Positions 11,395 through 18,090 of a stretch of 18,090 bases of DNA are shown piece by piece (the first letter of the stretch is position 1; the number at the start of each line of letters is the position of its first letter). The notes under the pieces were generated by a model. The model was not told the origin of the DNA. It was given only the letters and a program-made list of their open reading frames with translations, and searched no databases. A program made the position numbers and the translations under genes. The stretch comes from Ginkgo biloba (taxonomy: Eukaryota; Plantae; Ginkgophyta). The DNA is taken from assembly GCA_024626585.2 (NCBI GenBank), contig JANKJI020000002.1:118850968-118869057 (forward strand), written 5' to 3'.

Positions 11395-11650
11395 CAAAAC
11401 CAAAAATTGTCATGCTTTTCACCATCAACACCAAAAAAAAAAAAATTCATGCTCTCCCAAAATTGCTCTACCATTGCATGCCATGAACAAGACAAAAATT
11501 GCATGCCTCCAACAAAAATGCTCCAATGTTGGAATGCAACAACTCCTCCAACACCAATAAGAAGGTCTCCTTTAAACACAAAATTTCTCCCCACTGTTGC
11601 AAAGCCAAAAACTCAGCAAAAACTGTCTTTCTCTCTAAAAATTGCTCCCC
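11395..11650 (+). repeat. Degenerate CAAAA(A)TTGCTCC-like motif array / low-complexity tract
   Basis: Variants near 11401, 11457, 11493, 11513, 11579, 11635, plus an A-run at 11433-11445. Confidence 0.55.
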
Positions 11651-11759
11651 AAGTTTTTTTTGTTTTCATCCCTCTTAAAAAACTCGATGATCTCTCTTAG
11701 TGAACTCCCTTCCTTCCATACGCCACCTTCCTCCCTCCATCAACGTTGTGCATTTAATT

Positions 11760-12030
11760 TGTGATTTTTTTAAATTTTATCTTTGACAATGTGTCATATG
11801 TGGGTTAAGTCTTCTTGAGAACTTCCTTATTAGATGGGCTCGCTCTTCCAATAAGATATAATGTTTATAAAGTCATGGGTTAATGCTCTTCACATCTTTG
11901 TGACATTGAGCAAAAATGTCCTTGTACTTTTCTAGGAACTGAATGATCCTTGCTTGAATAACCTCTAGGTTTTCTGCCCATATCCACATCAAACGTCCTG
12001 GAACAATTTTTTTCTTCAATCACATCTTCC
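11760..12030 (-). pseudogene. Protease-RT linker and RT N-terminus
   Basis: IVPGRLMWIWAENLEVIQARIIQFLEKYKDIFAQCHKDVKSINP*LYKHYILLEERAHLIRKFSRRLNPHM(fs)IVKDKI*K (cf. FAW..DMKGI.P..C.H.I......P.RQ.QRR.NP....VK.E..KL). Confidence 0.88.
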
Positions 12031-12399
12031 TCTAGTACCCAATCCTATCTAGAATTGTGCCCTGTTGAATGATTTAGTCCTTTCTCTCTTTGTGGTTGGC
12101 TTGATCTTGAATCTCTTCTTGTTCCAATGCATTAACAACTATTAGAGTAGAAATGGTTTGTTCATTAAAGCAAGGGTTAGGAGGAGATGTCCCAAACATA
12201 GAAATGCAACATCTTCATCCTCATCTTGATCTTTGCGAATGTGATAAGCACAAGCCCAAATCTCTATATCGCACTAGTTGTCTATCTAAGGCTTGAATCG
12301 TACAATGTCCTAATGAGGACTTAACTAATCAAATCCATCGAACTTTGAGTCCCCATCCAAGTCCATCCATTTTGATTTTGTGGTGGGTTGGTTTACTCA

Positions 12400-12845
12400 T
12401 TCGAATGACATCACTGCTTGCATTTGTCCATCTTTTTCAATCCTCGTATGCCCTATGCATGCTTAAATGGCATCCATTATGGTCATCCATAGTTTTCCGA
12501 AAAAAGTAGTAGAGGCATCGTTCTCTCTCCTAGACTTCACTATTATAAAATTCATATTATATACCCAATTGGTGACTATTACAAGAACTTCCTGCAAGAG
12601 TCCTTTTGGGTTACTAAGGTTTGAACAACCATTCTATACTTGATTGGGACTTGTTTTAGATCAACAAACCCGTGTGTTTGCATGGTTTTAAAACCCATCA
12701 TATACACACACACACACACATCAACCCTTTAATCGATTAACATTTTAGAAATAGTGTTTTCTTCAATGTTAATAGTGATTTAGGGCTACCTCAATCCTTG
12801 CATTTGATGGTGCCTCCCCTTTCATGATGCTCAAAATTGATGGTC
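12400..12845 (-). pseudogene. Retrotransposon aspartic protease, degenerate
   Basis: KD*GSP / ITINIEENTISKMLID*RVD (cf. DPGSP...LIDLGA active site) / LKQVPIKYRMVVQTLV / PKGLLQEVLVIVTNWVYNMNFIIV...FFGKLWMTIMDA (cf. P.G..EDV...DF.V...ILGRPWLAT.DA). Confidence 0.8.
12704..12720. repeat. (AC)8 microsatellite
   Basis: ACACACACACACACACA directly visible. Confidence 0.95.
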
Positions 12846-13204
12846 TTTCTTTTACAAACTTGGATCTATATCACCTAATTCTTATGTAGAGANNNNNNNN
12901 NNNNNNNNNNNNNNNNNNNNNNNNNNNNNNNNNNNNNNNNNNNNNNNNNNNNNNNNNNNNNNNNNNNNNNNNNNNNNNNNNNNNNNNNNNNNNNNNNNNN
13001 NNNNNNNNNNNNNNNNNNNNNNNNNNNNNNNNNNNNNNNNNNNNNNNNNNNNNNNNNNNNNNNNNNNNNNNNNNNNTCTAAGGGCATGGATTCCTCGTGA
13101 TATGATATAAGATGTTAGATTAATTCCGCATCCTATCCTAGCTTAGTTCATTGTGGTTTGGGTTCAATCATATTATTGTCTTGGTTAGGTTGGACTACTA
13201 GATC

Positions 13205-14130
13205 CTAGTCTAGATTGGGTACTGTTTGTTGTGTTTTACATTCTGAAAGGGATTCTTTCTCTATTTGGTTTCTAAGGGACGTTCCTGACCTTAAAACCAT
13301 GTTGGTTAGGATAAAATACATGGGAATGACATTGGAGGCCATATGGATAGTTGATGGAGTTGGGCATTGATTAACTTTATGCCCTCCTCCTTTATAATTT
13401 GCACATCTTGTTCCCTCAAATTTCTTAACGAACAAAGGGAAGTTGAATTGGAAATGGCTAGATTGCTAGTAAAAGAAGCATAATATTACTCCCACTAGAT
13501 CTAGCATAACTTGTGTTGGTAATCCTCCCTCCATTTTTCGCATAGAGTTTCTTATTGGTATGGATGGTCTTATGGCCCTTGGATAAGGTTGTTGCGGAGG
13601 GTAGGTTGTTGGATAGGGATAGTATCCTTCTTGTTTATGATCCCAATATTGCATTTGGAACATGCAAAACTACATCGTTCCTTCATCCCATTCTAGTGAT
13701 GCTTTATTGAAAGGTTTGAATACTATACAAGCATCATTAGGGTGATTATCGGATTAAATATTGTGTACATGTTTCATAGGACATTGAGCAATGGCGTGAC
13801 CATTTCGCTTGTAACTACAACAAAGCATATCCTCATTGGTAGGTTTGGTCGCATCCTTCTACTATCAAATTTGTAAAGTTGCCATTGCTAGGCCAACGAA
13901 GATATAACTTTTTCCTTAAAGTCAAAGAAACATTAGAAAATACTACTTAGGTAATTCCCTGAGTATTTCCCTTTACTAATAAATTATCTCTAGAAATAGG
14001 AAGTCTAAGGCTTTTATCTTTTCATCCCATCTCTTATATATTTGGATGTACAAGAAGCAAACTTCCCGAATTTCCCTTAAAGGATTGTCCCCCATTCTAA
14101 TGCCTAATTGAAAATCAATCTATTTCCTCC
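13205..14130 (-). pseudogene. gag C-terminal region with three CCHC zinc-knuckle relics
   Basis: CCSYKRNGHAIAQC (13781-13822), CTQY(+1)*SDNHPNDAC (13727-13769), CANYKGGGHKVNQC (13364-13405); Pro/Gln/Tyr-rich spacer (13466-13663) and MVLRSG motif typical of Athila gag-pol linkers. The 13830-14130 part is weakly supported. Confidence 0.75.
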
Positions 14131-14132
14131 CT

Positions 14133-14743
14133 TGTTCAACAATGGACAAGGAGAAACTCTGTGGCCAATGACTAATGGAAGGCTACGACAACTAAAGGAA
14201 GTCGTTGCAATGACTAACGGATCCTGATGCCAACAACCGATTGGACCTTCTATCGATGACTAATGAAGCTTCCCTCTGCCGACATCAACCCACCAATAAT
14301 CTTAGGATCAATCTCTTATGTATTGTCACTTTCTTGGATGGTTATCATAACTGTTGGAGACATGTATAAATAGATGTCATCTGAAAGGATAATGGAGCTT
14401 AAGCTTAAGTCTGGGTTTGATTATAGTTTGTAAGTGAAAAGACTGAGATGTAATGTGTACATATAAGACGTCATCCTAGATGGCTAACAGATTCATGATC
14501 TGTTGTGCTTATTGTAATGCGTCCAAGGTCTAGCTTGTAATTACCTCATCTCTCATAATATTATGATGCAATTGGTTTCCCTGAGTCATCTATGTACAAA
14601 TTTTACTTATGAATGAAGGGATGAATGCACAATATGAACTAGTTATTGTCGTAGTAGAGAAGGTTGGATGTTAATCTTGCAGGATGCCGACGTGACTTAA
14701 GGAGGAAGGTAACATCAACCCGTTAAGCAGAGAATGCTTAATA
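14133..14743 (+). mobile_element. Putative 5' LTR of a nested, opposite-strand gypsy element
   Basis: Starts TGTT, ends AATA (AACA with C>T) just before a PBS-like motif; holds a short tandem array and TATAAATA (~14365). Boundaries inferred. Confidence 0.5.
14166..14290 (+). repeat. Degenerate 20-23-bp tandem array (core CRAYRACYRAYGGA)
   Basis: Units at 14166 CAATGACTAATGGA, 14186 CGACAACTAAAGGA, 14208 CAATGACTAACGGA, 14231 CAACAACCGATTGGA, 14254 CGATGACTAATGAA. Confidence 0.8.
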
Positions 14744-14745
14744 TT

Positions 14746-14758
14746 TGGCATCGTTGTA
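14746..14758 (+). promoter_or_regulatory. Decayed Athila-type (tRNA-Asp) PBS
   Basis: TGGCATCGTTGTA vs TGGCGCCGTTGCC, 9/13 identical, three of four differences are transitions; correctly placed between putative LTR and gag. Confidence 0.45.
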
Positions 14759-15534
14759 TATGTTTGGACCTACACCACTATGAAGACATGAGAGAAGCTT
14801 TACCAACATGCACATGAAAAGGAAAAGTTCATGAAGTCCGACAGTGATGTTGATATTTTAAACACATGCAAGACAATGAACAACGATAAGGTAGGTGATC
14901 ACCAACAAGCAGAAAGCGAAAGAAAAATCGACATAGGGAACTAATGACATTGTTGGAGGAGACAATGACAAATTCCATGCATCCCACACTAGAAAGAGAA
15001 AATCCTTTTTACAAGGAAATTTCAACTTGGCAGTTCAATCAAATCAACAATTATGTCCAGTTTTATGCCCAACACAACCATATTCCATTAAAGATTATAG
15101 AAGATAAATTCTACACTGACATCCACGAGGAATTCATTATTAGCATTCTGACATAGATCTATGTATGGATAACCTTTCATACATAGCCATGGTATGCTCC
15201 AGTAGATCTCTAACAATAGAATAATTCCACCAAAAAGGAAAGTCGTAGAGTCGTCTAGAAGTATCAGGAGTCCTCACTGACAGAGTGGTGATTGACAAAC
15301 AAGGGAAATTGTTGGATCTAGAAANNNNNNNNNNNNNNNNNNNNNNNNNNNNNNNNNNNNNNNNNNNNNNNNNNNNNNNNNNNNNNNNNNNNNNNNNNNN
15401 NNNNNNNNNNNNNNNNNNNNNTGAGTAGATTCCACTGGGAAATTGAAGACGAAGCACTAGTTAATAAAGTAAACAATGAGACTGACGGCGAAGCATGTCA
15501 CAACGATGACGACAAAGAGGAAGCAACCATCAAT

Positions 15535-15685
15535 ATGGCTACTAGCCGAATTCGGGAACCTTGCTTGGAATTACCCGAATATGATGGCATTAAGAACCCA
15601 AAGACACACTGGTTCAGATGTATAAGTATTTGGGAGACAAGAGTAAACTAGGATGAAAAATGACAAATGAATGAATTTGGAGCAA
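15535..15685 (+). pseudogene. gag N-terminus of the nested gypsy element, truncated by gap
   Basis: MATSRIREPCLELPEYDGIKNPKTHWFRCISIWETRVN*DEK*QMNEFGA resembles gypsy gag LPxFxG..DP..H.......W......D......F. Confidence 0.7.
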
Positions 15686-15785
15686 NNNNNNNNNNNNNNN
15701 NNNNNNNNNNNNNNNNNNNNNNNNNNNNNNNNNNNNNNNNNNNNNNNNNNNNNNNNNNNNNNNNNNNNNNNNNNNNNNNNNNNNN
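15686..15785. other. 100-N placeholder gap (also 4357-4456, 6758-6857, 10842-10941, 16927-17026)
   Basis: Exactly 100 N each, the usual convention for gaps of unknown size, so distances across them are unreliable. Confidence 0.85.
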
Positions 15786-15786
15786 A

Positions 15787-16076
15787 ATCTTCTCTTTGCG
15801 TTCTTCCTTGTAGTTGAATGGGTAATATTTTTGCAAAACGAGAGTCTCTAATTCATCCCACTTAGTAAAATTGTGATTAAAAATTCCTTTAAACCATTTA
15901 TTTGCAAGTCAAAGGAAAAAAATTGAATTCCAGTAATCATTTTTGTTATACTAAATTAACAATTCATACAATTGATCATTAGGGCTTTCACTATGTCTCC
16001 CATAGAAAGTAGGTAGGTTACTTATGACTCCTTGTACTTAATCCTCTTCTACAACATCATACTTGATAGGAAAAGA
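15787..16076 (-). pseudogene. gag N-terminal (retrotransposon gag) domain of the main element
   Basis: Single frame with stops: SFPIKYDVVEED*VQGVISNLPTFYGRHSESPNDQLYELLI*YNKNDYWNSIFFL*LANKWFKGIFNHNFTKWDELETLVLQKYYP (cf. LPxFxG..EDP...EF...A..WF......ITTW......FL.KY). Confidence 0.85.
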
Positions 16077-16264
16077 TCCCATCTTATGAGAAGTCATACC
16101 CTATTTTTCATAAAGTAAGGGTATGCCTTCTAACCTCACCAACTCGATTTTTTCCTCCAAATTTTGTTTTCCTTTTAATCGATTCTTGTATATTTTTTCT
16201 CCTCAAAGTTAAGCATGTTTTTTAATTTTTTCCTCTAACGTTAGAAGTTATAGTCCTTGTAGCT

Positions 16265-16282
16265 TCCCCAACAACAACACCA
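16265..16282 (-). promoter_or_regulatory. Athila-type (tRNA-Asp) primer binding site
   Basis: Minus strand TGGTGTTGTTGTTGGGGA equals TGGCGCCGTTGCCGGGGA with five C>T changes; preceded by CATCA-TTT (LTR end) and followed by gag. Confidence 0.85.
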
Positions 16283-16285
16283 AAA

Positions 16286-16926
16286 TGATGAGCTTCTCCT
16301 TGTAAAGAGAATCCTCACTTATCAATTTGGGATACTTACTATACCTTGAAGAGGGCGAGCACTAGTGGTAGATCGAATACACAGTTAAGTTCGAAGAAAG
16401 CAAAAGGAAACATTTCAAATCCCTAATCCAACTCTTATTTCAATCTATTTCTTTATTTTTATAGAAATTTAGAACTTGATTTCCAGGAGGACTAGGATCT
16501 TATTATTTGTACGTAAAAGAGATATCCTATTTTATAATTCAGATCAAAACAAAGGGGATTGATCTTATTTGTATCACATAGAACTCTACCCATGTCCAAT
16601 ATTCTAAGAATTAGATAAGCAACTACTATCTATTCATCATTGCACCCTTAGTCATGTAAACAAATGACCCCTTCCCTAAGTTATTGCTTGCTTCCTACCT
16701 ATCAACAATTTGTTCCCTGTTAAGATCGAACTATTCTACTCGTATTATTCAAAATACATAGTTGGAGACTTTGAATGCTAGTAAGACCTACAACCCATCA
16801 ATGAACAACAATTAGAATGATATAGGATTGTTTACTTCAGATGATGTAAGAACGAAAAACACCCTATATATTCATCGTTTCTCTTAGGAATAATGTAAGA
16901 GACATGTGCCTATCTATTTAAATTTT
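16286..16926 (-). mobile_element. 5' LTR (3' part) of the main element; outer end not seen
   Basis: Ends ...CATCA three bases before the PBS; non-coding; runs toward a 100-N gap. No alignment to a 3' LTR copy could be made by eye. Confidence 0.55.
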
Positions 16927-17039
16927 NNNNNNNNNNNNNNNNNNNNNNNNNNNNNNNNNNNNNNNNNNNNNNNNNNNNNNNNNNNNNNNNNNNNNNNNNN
17001 NNNNNNNNNNNNNNNNNNNNNNNNNNCTTTCCACTAAAC

Positions 17040-17830
17040 CCACATGTAAGATCATGTATTTGAAATCATTCTTAGTCACACGAATTAAATAATTTATGAA
17101 ATGACTTTATGAACATTAAACATATATGCCTAGTAATGCTTTTTCCTTTTTATATACTCAAGGGCCTAGAAATATACATTTTCAACTTCAAATGAACTAT
17201 CCCTTTTAACAGATAAATTTTCAGTAATGTGCATCTTCTTCTCAAAAAAATGGATGGAAAATAAGATTCTTTATCCATCTTCTTTTAGTTTTCTTTTCAA
17301 AGAGATAAAAGGCTAGGTTCTTTGCCCATTTTCTAGTTGAAGAGCATAAGACAACCTAAGCACACTACAAACAATGTTAGGACAATAGGCATGTTGAGTC
17401 TTTTCACCTCCAATATCTTATGGAGCATAAATACAACATCAAACATGTTTCGCTGACCATATCCATTTCTTGTAGTTTTCTTTTTAGGCTAGAAGGAGTT
17501 TGCTCTAAAAAATAACTAAAAAATGATAATGCAATCTCTCNNNNNNNNNNNNNNNNNNNNNNNNNNNNNNNNNNNNNNNNNNNATTTCTCTTTTCTTGAA
17601 CGGAGTCTATACGTGGTGGGATAAATTATGATTCCTCAAATTTCTTTCTCAAATCTATAAGAACATTGATCATCTATGATTAAAATTAAATATAACAGTC
17701 AATCATTTTGGTATCATTGATGGTAAAGCTAGTATGGCAATTGTGTTATACTAAATTAGAGGTATCTATTGCCTGCTATCGACATCATATAATCCAAAAT
17801 CTAGCACAAAATTTAGTAGTTAGAATCGAG
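17040..17830 (-). pseudogene. Possible decayed retrotransposon accessory ORF (PMD-like)
   Basis: Fragments FVLDFGLYDVDSRQ*I, DVVFMLHKILEV...FN*, WAKNLAFYLFE, KESYFPSIFL in an order reminiscent of extra ORFs in gymnosperm gypsy elements; recalled similarity only, interrupted by a gap. Confidence 0.3.
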
Positions 17831-18090
17831 CTCTCATTAANNNNNNNNNNNNNNNNNNNNNNTTCACCTCCAAAGAATGGTTTCACCAATAACAATTCTT
17901 TTATTTATAATAGACTTATGTTCTTTATATCATTTTGCCATCATGAGCTAATGGACTATCCCTCTCATTCATTGTCTAAATTCTTCCACTATTAGAATCA
18001 CATTATAAAAAATGACATGTTAATTAATCCACAGATCAAAGAGAATTAATTATCGGATTCTAAGGTTCCTTCCATTTTACTAACATCCAA

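Larger units (their letters stand above)
7537..16926 (-). mobile_element. Fossil Athila-like Ty3/gypsy LTR retrotransposon, interrupted by nested inserts (outer LTR limits not determined)
   Basis: Co-oriented remnants in canonical gypsy order LTR-PBS-gag-ZnKnuckle-PR-RT-(RH lost)-INT-PPT-LTR. Assignment of all parts to one element is an inference across several N gaps. Confidence 0.75.

Noticed and set aside
11388-11700. Overlapping ORFs 11407-11700 and 11388-11594
   Set aside because: Arise from a low-complexity A/C-rich motif array; no domain or ATG context.
14166-14290. Short regularly spaced repeats as a CRISPR-like array
   Set aside because: Units are degenerate with only 6-9-bp spacers, eukaryotic TE context and no cas genes.

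Overview
AT-rich, CpG-poor, gap-ridden eukaryotic scaffold with no intact host gene. It reads as plant heterochromatin made of nested, heavily decayed LTR-retrotransposon fossils; the translated pieces most resemble gymnosperm-type Ty3/gypsy elements as I recall them (no search was run). The main structure is one Athila-like (non-chromovirus) Ty3/gypsy element on the minus strand that can be followed almost end to end: 5' LTR end (~16286), tRNA-Asp-type PBS (16265-16282), gag (16076-15787, resuming 14130-13200 with three zinc-knuckle relics), protease (12845-12400), RT (12030-11760 and ~10550-10125), post-RNase H linker (10115-9990), integrase (8660-7870), PPT and 3' LTR start (~7550-7537). 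It is interrupted by an opposite-strand gypsy 5' end (LTR-PBS-gag, 14133-15685), by two further inserts, and has lost its RNase H domain. Other remnants: a chromovirus integrase/chromodomain tail (230-890), two putative accessory-ORF relics (5520-6072, 17040-17830), microsatellites and short degenerate tandem repeats. Most ORFs in the supplied track are spurious (N-runs, microsatellite, antisense frames). I found no convincing evidence of a new functional biological system; the interest lies in element architecture and decay. All domain calls come from manual translation and need HMM confirmation.
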